64,000 nucleotides of DNA from Solirubrobacterales bacterium (GTDB lineage: Bacteria > Actinomycetota > Thermoleophilia > Solirubrobacterales > JACPNS01). The position numbers were made by a program, and so were the translations under genes. Positions within the stretch are counted from its first letter, which is position 1; every line of letters begins with the position of its first letter. Positions 17,984 to 26,038 of this stretch are shown piece by piece. A model generated the notes under the pieces. It searched no databases, was not told where the DNA came from, and saw only the letters and a list, made by a program, of their open reading frames with translations. The stretch spans positions 2,561-66,560 of the forward strand of contig JASGFX010000005.1 of NCBI GenBank assembly GCA_047605325.1. The letters run 5' to 3'.

Positions 17984-18391
17984 ATGGCTTTTTCATCGCC
18001 TTTCAAGCGCAGCGCCGAGCCTGCCGACGTGATCTCCCCCGAGGGCGAGCAGCCCACGGGCGAGGAGATCGTGATCGACGCCGAGGCGACCGAGGTCACC
18101 GAGGCGCCCTCGAGCGCCCCGATCCGCCGCGCCGCTGCGGTGCCGGAAGCGGGCGAGACACACGCCGTCGAGAAGCGCTCAGAGCGCGAGATCGCGGTTC
18201 GAAACGTCGCCGTCGCCACTGCCGGCGGCCTGGTGGCGGGTGCCGCGACGATCGCGGTCGCAGCCGTCGCCAAGTCGGCCGCAAAGCACGCTCAGGCGCC
18301 GACGCCCGGACTCTCGCGCCGCCGCAAGAAGGACATCCTGGAATCCCAGTCCTTCCTGATCGACGTGCACGTGCTCAAGTCCGGGCGCTGA
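17984..18391 (+). CDS. Hypothetical protein with one hydrophobic segment
   Basis: 135 aa, high GC3, acidic N-terminus, VATAGGLVAGAATIAVAAVA helix. No family recognised. Confidence 0.4.
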   Translation: MAFSSPFKRSAEPADVISPEGEQPTGEEIVIDAEATEVTEAPSSAPIRRAAAVPEAGETHAVEKRSEREIAVRNVAVATAGGLVAGAATIAVAAVAKSAAKHAQAPTPGLSRRRKKDILESQSFLIDVHVLKSGR

Positions 18392-18400
18392 TCTCGCCTT

Positions 18401-19549
18401 CTAGTTGGAGTTGACCGACCCGGTGTCGTTGTCGTCGGTCTGCTGCGTCGCGCCGCCGCCGTCATCGGGCATCGCGCCCGGAAGCAGATCGTTCGTGATC
18501 GCGTCGGTGTAGGTCGTGCCCGAGGTCTCGAGTTCGCCGTTGTCGTGCATCCACTTGCCGTAGGCGGCCCAGGTCTCGGGGTCCATCCAGCCGAACGGGT
18601 TGTCGCCGATGTTCGTCTGGGCGAGCACCGGCAGCGTGACCTTCAAGCTCGCGAGGTTGAACTTGCGGTCGGCCGCCGTCTTCTTCAGGTCGGGATATTT
18701 GGCGGCGAGCGCATCGAACGCCTTCGTGGGGTGCGCGACAGCGTCCTTCGTGCCCTCCTGCAGTCCGGCGATGAAGCGGCGGTACGTCTCGACGCGGCGG
18801 CCGTCCTTGAGGTTGTCGGAGTTGGCGATGATCACCAGCTCGTTGTAGGTCGGTGAACCGGCCTTGTCGACCGGGGTCACTGTCGGGTGCAGGCCGGCCT
18901 GCTGGAGCTGAACGCCCTCGACGTTCCAGTAGCCCGTGATCGAGGCGTCGGCCTTGCCGGCAACGAGGATCTGCTGGAGCTTGTAGCCCACGTTGACCTG
19001 CTTGACGGTGCTCGGGTCGACCTTGTGGCTCTTCAGGATCGTGTCGAGCGTCGAGGAGTTGTCGTCGCCGGATACCGCGACCGTCTTGCCCTTCAGCCCC
19101 GCGATGTTCTTGATCCCCGACTTCTTGATCCACATCAGCGAGTTCAGTGGCACGTTCACGATCGCGCCGATCGCTTTGATCTTCGCGCCCTTGTCCTGCG
19201 CGGCGAGCACATAACTCGCATAGGTCAGGCCGAGGTCGACGCGGCCGGCCTCGACCTGCTTGATCACACCCGCGCCGTCGCTCGGGATCTGCGGCGCGAC
19301 GACGAGCGCGCGCTTGGTGAAGGCGCCGTCGGCCATGCCCGTGTAGATGCCGGCGTGATTGGCATTGGGCTGCCAGTCAAGCATCAGGTTGATCTTGTCG
19401 GGGCGGACGTTGTCGGGGGTCGTTGGCTCGGCCTTCTCGCCGCAGCCGGCGAGCAGGAGGGCGAGAGCGAACGTGGCGACGATCATGGAGAGACGTCGGG
19501 CGGGGCGGATCAAGGGGATTGCTCCTCGGGTTGTTTGGTGGTTGGTCAT
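18401..19549 (-). CDS. thiY: NMT1/THI5-like ABC substrate-binding lipoprotein (ThiY-type, HMP/thiamine-precursor binding)
   Basis: Track ORF trimmed to the ATG at 19549. Lipobox LLAGC. NMT1/THI5-like core INLMLDWQPNANHAGIY. Last gene of an operon headed by a TPP riboswitch. Confidence 0.75.
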   Translation of the reverse strand: MTNHQTTRGAIPLIRPARRLSMIVATFALALLLAGCGEKAEPTTPDNVRPDKINLMLDWQPNANHAGIYTGMADGAFTKRALVVAPQIPSDGAGVIKQVEAGRVDLGLTYASYVLAAQDKGAKIKAIGAIVNVPLNSLMWIKKSGIKNIAGLKGKTVAVSGDDNSSTLDTILKSHKVDPSTVKQVNVGYKLQQILVAGKADASITGYWNVEGVQLQQAGLHPTVTPVDKAGSPTYNELVIIANSDNLKDGRRVETYRRFIAGLQEGTKDAVAHPTKAFDALAAKYPDLKKTAADRKFNLASLKVTLPVLAQTNIGDNPFGWMDPETWAAYGKWMHDNGELETSGTTYTDAITNDLLPGAMPDDGGGATQQTDDNDTGSVNSN

Positions 19550-20313
19550 CGTTGGTTTGAGCTGTGGCGCTCCCACGGCACCAGCTTGCGCTCGATCAGC
19601 GCCATCAGGCCGTAGAGCGCCAGCGAGCCGGCGGTCAGGATCAGGATCGCGGCGTAGATCCGCGAGGTGTCGAAGTTCGGTGTGCCGCGCTGGATCAGAT
19701 AGCCGAGTCCCTGACTTGCGCCGGCATATTCGGCGAAGACGGCGGCGATGAACGCCCAAGTCGCCGCGATCCGCACGCCGCCGAGCAGTCGCGGCAGTGC
19801 GGCGGGCAGCTCGGCGAGTCGCAGGATCCGCGCGCGGCCGGCTCCGAGCGAGCGCATCAGATCGATCAGCTGCGGATCTGCGCTGCGCAGGCCGTCGAAC
19901 GTGCCGATCACGACCGGAAAAAAACAGGCGATCGCGACGATCAGGATCTTGGTGGTGATTCCGAAGCCGAAGGCGATCACGAGCAGCGGCGCGAGCACGA
20001 CCGTCGGCACGGCCTGCGAGGCGACGACCACCGGCAGCGTGGCGTCGCGCAGAAAGGGGGAGAGGTGGAGCAGCGTGCCGAGAAAGATGCCCACGCCGAT
20101 TGCGAGCAGCAGTCCGAGGAGCGCCTCACGCGCGGTCACCAGAGTGGCGGGGCCGAGGATGTCCAGCTCGCCGGTCAATGTCCGCGCGACGTCGACCGGT
20201 CCGGAGACGACGAGATCGCTGAGGCCGGAGTAGCGGTCGAAGAGCTCCCAGGCGACCAGGATCGCCGCGAAGGCGATGATCGGACTGAGCCAGCGGCTGT
20301 GCCTGGAGGTCAC
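19546..20313 (-). CDS. thiX: ABC transporter permease (ThiX-type)
   Basis: Track ORF trimmed to the GTG at 20313, which overlaps the ATPase stop as GTGA. About 6 TM helices. 4-nt overlap with thiY. Confidence 0.75.
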   Translation of the reverse strand: MTSRHSRWLSPIIAFAAILVAWELFDRYSGLSDLVVSGPVDVARTLTGELDILGPATLVTAREALLGLLLAIGVGIFLGTLLHLSPFLRDATLPVVVASQAVPTVVLAPLLVIAFGFGITTKILIVAIACFFPVVIGTFDGLRSADPQLIDLMRSLGAGRARILRLAELPAALPRLLGGVRIAATWAFIAAVFAEYAGASQGLGYLIQRGTPNFDTSRIYAAILILTAGSLALYGLMALIERKLVPWERHSSNQR

Positions 20314-21125
20314 AGGAGGGCCTCCAGCGCTTCGGCCTTCAGCTCCGCGAACTCGGGCGATGTGATCCACTCGGCGCGCGTGGCGCCCGCCGGGCGACGT
20401 GCGGTGATCTCGTCGACCACGCGGCCGGGGCGCGGCGAGAGGATGACCGTGCGGTCGGCGAGGGTCAGCGCCTCGTCGATGTCGTGGGTCACGAGCAGCA
20501 GCGTGCGTGGCTCGCCGCCGAGCGCGGTCAGCAGCCAGTCCTGCATCTCGCCGCGGGTGATCGAGTCGAGCGCGCCGAAGGGCTCGTCGAGCGCGAGCAG
20601 TTGCCTGCCCGTGAGCACCGTGCGCAGAAAGGCGACGCGCTGGCGCATGCCGCCGGAGAGTTCCCAGGTGCGTGACCGCTCGAAGCCGGCGAGTCCGAAG
20701 CGCTCGAAGACCGGCTGGGCGCGGGCGATCGCCTCCTTGCGGCTGACGCCCTGCGCCTCGAGGGCGAGCGCCGCATTGGCGATCGCCGTGCGCCACGGCA
20801 CGAGCAGGTCGCGCTGCGGCATCAAGGCCACCTCTTCGGCGGTGGCGACCGTGCCGGAGGCTGGCTTGATCAGGCCGGCGGCCAGCGCCAGCAGAGTGGA
20901 CTTGCCGCAGCCGGACGGTCCGACCACCGCGACGCGCTCACGCGGCGCGACCGTCAGCGAGAACCGATCGAGCGCCGTCGTCTCTTCCCGGCCTCGTGCG
21001 GCGTAACGAACCGTCACGTCTTCGAGCAGCAGCGCGGGTGCGGCGGCAGGCGAGCGCTCGGCAACCTCGGTGAGGCCGACCGGCCGCCCCGCGATCGGCG
21101 GGTCTGCGTGCTTGGGCGCTGGCAT
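20310..21125 (-). CDS. thiZ: ABC transporter ATP-binding protein (ThiZ-type)
   Basis: Walker A GPSGCGKST, signature LSGGMRQR, Walker B LLALDEPFGALD. Confidence 0.85.
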   Translation of the reverse strand: MPAPKHADPPIAGRPVGLTEVAERSPAAAPALLLEDVTVRYAARGREETTALDRFSLTVAPRERVAVVGPSGCGKSTLLALAAGLIKPASGTVATAEEVALMPQRDLLVPWRTAIANAALALEAQGVSRKEAIARAQPVFERFGLAGFERSRTWELSGGMRQRVAFLRTVLTGRQLLALDEPFGALDSITRGEMQDWLLTALGGEPRTLLLVTHDIDEALTLADRTVILSPRPGRVVDEITARRPAGATRAEWITSPEFAELKAEALEALL

Positions 21126-21129
21126 TCTT

Positions 21130-21245
21130 GCTTCCTTCGCGGGAATTACCCCACAGGTTCAAAGGGTCCGTGTCGGCGGCGCAGCGCTTTGGGCGGCTGC
21201 GCCCATCCACGATCTCAGCCCGCTTTGCCGCGAGCTCCCCTGATC
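21130..21245 (-). promoter_or_regulatory. TPP (THI-box) riboswitch
   Basis: Minus-strand read: GGGGAGCUCGCGGCAAAGCGGGCUGAGA...(long P3 with GGCGCAGC/GCUGCGCC stem)...ACCCUUUGAACCUGUGGGGUAAUUCCCGCGAAGGAAGCAAGAAUG. Conserved CUGAGA, ACCCUUUGAACCUG and GCGAAGGAA elements are present. The SD GAAGGAAG is embedded in the aptamer 3' side. Confidence 0.8.
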
Positions 21246-21279
21246 GGTACGACTGCCCGCAGCTTACACAGCCGCTCAA

Positions 21280-21589
21280 TTGCATGCCTCGGCCATGCAA
21301 CGCGCTCGCGGTGATTTTCGAGGCTTGGGAATGGGGTTTTGATTGCATGGCCGAGCCATGCAAAAGATCCCCCTTGTTCAAGGGCTTCCGCGGCGCAGGC
21401 AAACCTTGCATGGCCGAGCCATGCAAACTGCGGCGCGGTGCCTTGCAGCGCTTTGCGTTGCAAGGTTGGCCGGCCTCGATTTGCCGCTTGAACATCGGGT
21501 CTTCTTTGCAACACAAAGCGCTGCAAGGAAAACCGCTTGTCCACGCGGCTCGATCTCGTGGAATCTGCTTGCAACGCAAAGCGTTGCAA
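21280..21589. repeat. Array of six regularly spaced 21-bp palindromes (two subtypes), mostly with 42-bp unique spacers
   Basis: Type A TTGCATGGC-CGA-GCCATGCAA at 21280 (one mismatch), 21343 and 21406. Type B TTGCAACGC-AAA-GCGTTGCAA at 21443, 21506 and 21569. Start spacing 63, 63, 37, 63, 63 bp. Confidence 0.85.
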
Positions 21590-21635
21590 GACGCGGTCGC
21601 GGCGGCGGGCTTTCGGCGGCGCGGTGATCCGGCCC

Positions 21636-23090
21636 TCAGCGCGCGCGCACCGACGTCAACTCGCGCACGAAGTCTTCCAGCTGTTTGCTCGTCCAGCACT
21701 CGTAGACCCCGTCGCAGAAGTTCTCGTAGACCCCGATGACCGAGTCGCCGTAGTTCCAGTAGAGCCTCGGCTCGGGATTGAGCCAGAACGAGCGCCCGGC
21801 TCGCTCGGTGACCATGCTGAAGAGGTCGGCGCGTGGTTCGCGGCCGTTGGTGCGCGCATCGCCAAGCACGATCACGGTCGATCGTGGATCGAGGTCAGCG
21901 GCTACTTGGTCGTAGAAGTCGACCCACACGCGGCCGTAATCGGTGTAGCCGGAGATGTCGGCGACGCCGGCCGTGCTCGAGATCTTCTCGGAGGCCGTCT
22001 TGAAGCTGCGCTCCTGCTGGAAGACCTCGGTCACCTCGGCGACGCGCTCGATGAAGACGAACGTGCGCAGGCGGTTGAAGCTGTCGTGCAGCGCGTGCAG
22101 GATCGAGAGGAAGAAGACGCTCGCACTGGTGACGCTGGTCGAGACGTCGCAGAGGACGTAGAGCTCGGGCCTGCGCGGGCGGCGCGGGCGGTAGCGCAGG
22201 TTCAGGGGAACGCCGCCGGTCTCGAGCGAGGCGCGCATCGTGCCGCGCACATCGATCGGGCCGCTGCGCTGGTGGCCGCGTTGCTCGAGTCCCTGGGTGG
22301 CCATCGCGCGCTTGAGCATCTTCACCGACCGATGCACCGCCGCGAGGTCCGCCGCGCCGCCGGAGGGCAGCGCGCGGTTCAGCTCGTTGAGTGGCCTCGT
22401 CGCCGGCAGCTCGCCCGAGTCGGCGATCAGCCTGGCCTCGAGTTCGCGCCGTACGTGTTGCTCGAACTTCTGCAGCTGTTTGCGCAGGTCTGCGCCTTCT
22501 TCGCCGGGCGGCAGGTCCTGCGCGCGCAGCTCGAGCTGGCGACGCACACGCTGCACATCGACGCCGATCACGCCGCTGCTCGATCCTCCGGCGAGCGTCA
22601 TGATCGCGAGCCGTGCCAGGTCGAGGAGGTCCCCGTCGTCGCCGTTCTGCAGCGCCTCCATGATCGCGTCGCGCAGCGCTTCGACGTCGATCTCGCCGTC
22701 ACCATCGCCGTCGCCCTGACCCTCCATCGGCTCGCCGCCTTCGGCAGCCCGCTGTTCTCCGGCGCCCTTTTCATCGCCGGCCTGCTCCTTCGACGCCTCG
22801 AGTTCGGTCGCGCGGAAGAAATAGCGATCGAACACCGCCGAGAAGAGGTCGCGGTCCTCTTGGGACTTCGCGATCGTCGCCGACATCGCGGTCTTGAACT
22901 CTGCGCGCCTCTGCCAGTTCACCGCGCTCAGCGCGTCGAAGGCGTCGAGCAGCTCGGACGTGCCGACCGACATTCCCTCCTCGCGCAGCTCACGGGCGAA
23001 ATCGACCATGATCGGTTCGAAACCGCTCGCGGCCTCCCCGCCCGGACCGCCGGTTGTGAACCTCGCCCAGCTTGGAGTGTCGGCGGCCAC
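21636..23090 (-). CDS. VWA domain-containing CoxE-like protein
   Basis: 484 aa. C-terminal VWA-like region (LYVLCDVSTSVTSASVFFLSILHAL ... VIVLGDARTNG). Acidic linker. Immediately downstream of a MoxR ATPase. Confidence 0.8.
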   Translation of the reverse strand: MAADTPSWARFTTGGPGGEAASGFEPIMVDFARELREEGMSVGTSELLDAFDALSAVNWQRRAEFKTAMSATIAKSQEDRDLFSAVFDRYFFRATELEASKEQAGDEKGAGEQRAAEGGEPMEGQGDGDGDGEIDVEALRDAIMEALQNGDDGDLLDLARLAIMTLAGGSSSGVIGVDVQRVRRQLELRAQDLPPGEEGADLRKQLQKFEQHVRRELEARLIADSGELPATRPLNELNRALPSGGAADLAAVHRSVKMLKRAMATQGLEQRGHQRSGPIDVRGTMRASLETGGVPLNLRYRPRRPRRPELYVLCDVSTSVTSASVFFLSILHALHDSFNRLRTFVFIERVAEVTEVFQQERSFKTASEKISSTAGVADISGYTDYGRVWVDFYDQVAADLDPRSTVIVLGDARTNGREPRADLFSMVTERAGRSFWLNPEPRLYWNYGDSVIGVYENFCDGVYECWTSKQLEDFVRELTSVRAR

Positions 23091-23099
23091 GGGCTGCCC

Positions 23100-24017
23100 C
23101 TAGCGCGGGCGCGGCGCGCCGATCGCGGCGGAGCCCGGCTTGGAGAGCTTCACGCCAACGCGTTCGGCGACGAGGTCCATGTCGGAGCGGTGTTTGACGA
23201 TGATGCTCATCGTCTCTTCGAAGGTCTCGCGGTCGATCTGGTCGACGCCGAGCAGCATCAGCGTGCGCGCCCAGTCGATCGACTCGCTGATGCTCGGCGG
23301 CTTCTTGACGTCGATGTCGCGAACCATTCGCACGACCTCGACGAGCCGCTCGGCGAGTTTCTCGTCGAGGTCGGGCACGTGCAGCCGCACGATTTCGACT
23401 TCGCGGGAGTTCTCGGGGTAGTCGAGCCAGAGGTAGAGGCACCGCCGCTTGAGCGCCTCGGTCAGTTCGCGCGAGTCGTTGCTGGTCAGGAGGACGATCG
23501 GGTGAGTCGTCGCCTCGACGACGCCGAGCTCTGGGATCGAGACCTGGAAGTCGGAGAGGATCTCGAGCAGCAGCGCCTCGAATTCGTGGTCGGTCTTGTC
23601 GATCTCGTCGATCAGGAGCACGACGGGCTCTTCGGACGCGATCGCCTGGAGCAGGGGGCGCGTGAGCAGGAACTCCTCGGAGAAGATGTTGTCCTGCACG
23701 GAATCCCACGCGGCGTCGTCCTCGGCCGCGGCTGCTCCGCTCTGGATGCGCAGCAGTTGCTTCTTGTAGTTCCACTCGTACAGCGCCTTGGCCTCGTCGA
23801 CGCCCTCGTAGCACTGCAGGCGGATCAGCTCGCGACCGGTGTAGCGCGCGAGCGCCTTGGCGAGTTCGGTCTTGCCTACGCCAGCGGGCCCTTCCACGAG
23901 TACAGGCTTGCCGAGCTGGACGGCGAGATAGCTGACGAGGGAAGTGGTCTCGTCGGGCAGGTATCCGGCGGCCTCAAGGCCGCTGCTGACGGCTGCGGGG
24001 GAATCGGGCGTGGTCAT
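23100..24017 (-). CDS. MoxR/CoxD-like AAA+ ATPase
   Basis: Walker A EGPAGVGKT, Walker B VVLLIDEIDK, and the typical MoxR length of 305 aa. Confidence 0.85.
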   Translation of the reverse strand: MTTPDSPAAVSSGLEAAGYLPDETTSLVSYLAVQLGKPVLVEGPAGVGKTELAKALARYTGRELIRLQCYEGVDEAKALYEWNYKKQLLRIQSGAAAAEDDAAWDSVQDNIFSEEFLLTRPLLQAIASEEPVVLLIDEIDKTDHEFEALLLEILSDFQVSIPELGVVEATTHPIVLLTSNDSRELTEALKRRCLYLWLDYPENSREVEIVRLHVPDLDEKLAERLVEVVRMVRDIDVKKPPSISESIDWARTLMLLGVDQIDRETFEETMSIIVKHRSDMDLVAERVGVKLSKPGSAAIGAPRPR

Positions 24018-24047
24018 GGGCCGATGGTATCTGCGGCCGCGGGCCGG

Positions 24048-24503
24048 CTACCCGACGTAGTCCTGCTCCGGATACTCGTCGATGTACCACTCGCGGCCCT
24101 CGCCTGCGCGGATGAACATCCCCGCGAGAAAGACGATCAGGCAGCCGATCACGACGACGATCTCGCTGCGCGTGCTGGCGTTGTCGAAGAAGGCGTTGCC
24201 GAGCGCGACGAGCGCGGTCCAGATCGCGCCGACGGCGAGCAGCGTTCCGTCGGCGAACGGACTCGCGTAGGGGTGGCTCTCGACGCTGCGCGCGAGCACC
24301 CGCACCGACGCCACCGCCACCAGCAGCTGCGCCGCCTCCACCCAGCCGAAGTCGGGGAAACTGAGGATCGATCCGATCGCGATCACCGTGACTCCAGCAA
24401 GCGCGGTCCGCCGCCAGATGTCCAGCGCACGAAAGTGTGTGAACGGGACCAGCAAGATGCGCAGCCCGCGTTCGTGCGGAGGTCTCTCGAGCTTGCGGGC
24501 CAA
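24048..24503 (-). CDS. Hypothetical integral membrane protein
   Basis: 151 aa, 4 hydrophobic helices. TTG start 1 nt after the upstream stop. Confidence 0.45.
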   Translation of the reverse strand: MARKLERPPHERGLRILLVPFTHFRALDIWRRTALAGVTVIAIGSILSFPDFGWVEAAQLLVAVASVRVLARSVESHPYASPFADGTLLAVGAIWTALVALGNAFFDNASTRSEIVVVIGCLIVFLAGMFIRAGEGREWYIDEYPEQDYVG

Positions 24504-24504
24504 G

Positions 24505-25698
24505 TCAGGCGCCCGGCAGCGGCAGGCGCGATATGCGTACGCCGTTGCTCATGTACAGGTAGCGGTCGCCTGCCACCAGCGCCCATCCGGTGCGGCCCTT
24601 GGCCGCAGGCACGCTGCGCAGCTTCTTCGACTGCGGGTCGTAGCGCTTCATTGATTCGTCTGCGAAGACTCCGAAAAAGACATCACCTCGCCAGGAGTCT
24701 GCATCCTTCGACTTCGGCACGGCGACGCCCGACGGCGTGCCGCTGAGTTTCAGCACCGGCTTGCCGTCGCCGCTGCCCGCGCAGTCGGTTCGCGGGGGCT
24801 GCCAGCCGTAGTTGACGCCGGGGCGCACGAGGTTCAGCTCGTCACAGCTGTCGCCGACATCGGCGACCCATAGACGGCCCTTGGTGTCCCAGTCGAAGCT
24901 GAAGGGGTTGCGCAGGCCGCAGGCCCAGATGCGCCGATCCTCGATCTGGCGCTTCGCGCTGTTGTCGGCGTTCCCGCAGGTCGCCGGGTTGCCGCTCGCG
25001 CCTTCGTTGGTCGCATTCGGATTGAGGCGCACGATCTTGCCGAACGGGAGCGAGAGATCCTGCGCGCGCCCGGGCCCCTTCGCGGGGTCGTCGTTCTCAC
25101 CGAGTTCGCCGAGCCCGAGGTAGAGCGCGCCATCGGGGCCGAGGTGCAGCGCTCCGCCGACGTGGTTCTCCGCGCTGCTCGGGTGTCCGGCCGAGAAGAT
25201 CAGCTTGTCGGCCTTGAGCTTGCTGCCGGACGGCTTGAAGCGCCAGACGCAATGCGCCTTGATTCCCCCGCCCGCCGAGGCTTTCGTCGGGTTGGGGCAG
25301 CCAGGGCTGGGGGAGGTGTAGTAGGCCCAGACCTCACCCGACTTGTTCACGGCCAGGCCGAGCAATCCCGCCTCTCCGCCACCGGCGACATGCAGCGTCG
25401 CCAAAGTCGTGCGTTTGCCGTGAGCGACGCGGACGATCCGTCCCGTGTCCTTCTCGGCGTAGAGCAGGCGGCCCTTGGAGTCGAGTGCGAGCCCGATCGC
25501 GTTGCGCGTGTTGTTCACGTACGTGCGCGCCTTCTTCGATGCTGCGGTTTGGGCGGTCGTGGAACTGGCGGCGCCGCTCGAGCAGGCCCAGAGCGAGACG
25601 GCCGCGAACGCTGCGGCGCCGGCTGCGAGGACGGCGCGCGAGCGATCAGTCAATCGGGATCTCTTCGATTTCGAAGTCGTCATCACGGCGGCCGTCAA
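24505..25698 (-). CDS. PQQ-dependent sugar (glucose/sorbosone) dehydrogenase-like beta-propeller lipoprotein
   Basis: Lipobox LWAC. GLLGLA, GGALHLGPDGALYLGLGE, GLRNPFSFDWD, VNYGW motifs. Confidence 0.75.
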   Translation of the reverse strand: MTAAVMTTSKSKRSRLTDRSRAVLAAGAAAFAAVSLWACSSGAASSTTAQTAASKKARTYVNNTRNAIGLALDSKGRLLYAEKDTGRIVRVAHGKRTTLATLHVAGGGEAGLLGLAVNKSGEVWAYYTSPSPGCPNPTKASAGGGIKAHCVWRFKPSGSKLKADKLIFSAGHPSSAENHVGGALHLGPDGALYLGLGELGENDDPAKGPGRAQDLSLPFGKIVRLNPNATNEGASGNPATCGNADNSAKRQIEDRRIWACGLRNPFSFDWDTKGRLWVADVGDSCDELNLVRPGVNYGWQPPRTDCAGSGDGKPVLKLSGTPSGVAVPKSKDADSWRGDVFFGVFADESMKRYDPQSKKLRSVPAAKGRTGWALVAGDRYLYMSNGVRISRLPLPGA

Positions 25699-26038
25699 TC
25701 CTCTCGATCATCGCGTTGATGATGTCGCGCAGCACGACCAGAAGGTCGCGCAGGGTCTTTTCCAGTTGACGCCGCAGATCCGGTGAGAGGGCCTCGCCGG
25801 CGACGCCGCCCAGCCCGTCCAGTATCCGCACGATCGCCTCGACGAGACCCCGGTCGATCCCGGGGCGCGTCGATCCGCCGTGTCCGGCGCGGAAGTCCGC
25901 GTACGGGTCGAAGCCCTCGGCCTCGGGTTCACCGAACTCGGACTCGCGGTCGCGGATGAAGTCGTCGAAGTCGTCGAAACCGCCGGCGCCGTTTCCGTTG
26001 CCGTTCCCGCCGTTGCTGCTGCGTGAGGCCGGGTTCAC
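25646..26038 (-). CDS. Small acidic hypothetical protein (130 aa)
   Basis: GTG start overlapping the ArsA stop as GTGA. High GC3. Gly/Asn/Asp-rich N-terminus and a helical C-terminal half. Its 3' end overlaps the start of the next gene by about 40-53 nt. Confidence 0.45.
   Translation of the reverse strand: MNPASRSSNGGNGNGNGAGGFDDFDDFIRDRESEFGEPEAEGFDPYADFRAGHGGSTRPGIDRGLVEAIVRILDGLGGVAGEALSPDLRRQLEKTLRDLLVVLRDIINAMIERIDGRRDDDFEIEEIPID

Noticed and set aside
21343-21426. A sigma-54-type promoter resemblance (TGGC...TGCA) inside the type A palindromes.
   Set aside because: The spacing between the GG and GC dinucleotides is one nucleotide shorter than the -24/-12 consensus, and the motif is simply part of a palindrome repeated three times. 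Sigma-54 is also generally absent from Actinobacteria.
21280-21589. Reading the palindrome array as a CRISPR array.
   Set aside because: The repeats are only 21 bp, there are two repeat types and just six units, one spacer is 16 bp, and no cas genes or leader are visible in 64 kb. I kept it as an unexplained phased palindrome array, not called CRISPR, and suggest a check of the spacers against mobile elements.
21128-21739. ORFs spanning the palindrome array (21128-21739 +, 21215-21589 -, 20938-21699 -). The 63-bp period is a multiple of 3, so they could encode a 21-aa repeat protein.
   Set aside because: Several frames on both strands are open. The 42-bp spacers are unrelated at both the nucleotide and peptide level. 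The repeated peptide fragments (CMAEPCK, ALQ) simply mirror the palindromes. There is no SD or start context.
21537-24746. A 1069-aa plus-strand ORF. Similar very long antisense ORFs include 133-1608(-), 26879-29074(+), 37141-38916(-), 39557-40951(+), 49375-50988(-) and 19564-21006(+).
   Set aside because: Their translations are low-complexity and Arg/Ala/Gly/Asp-rich with no recognisable motifs. Each lies antisense to a gene with strong family signatures. This is typical stop-codon-poor antisense frame behaviour in high-GC DNA.
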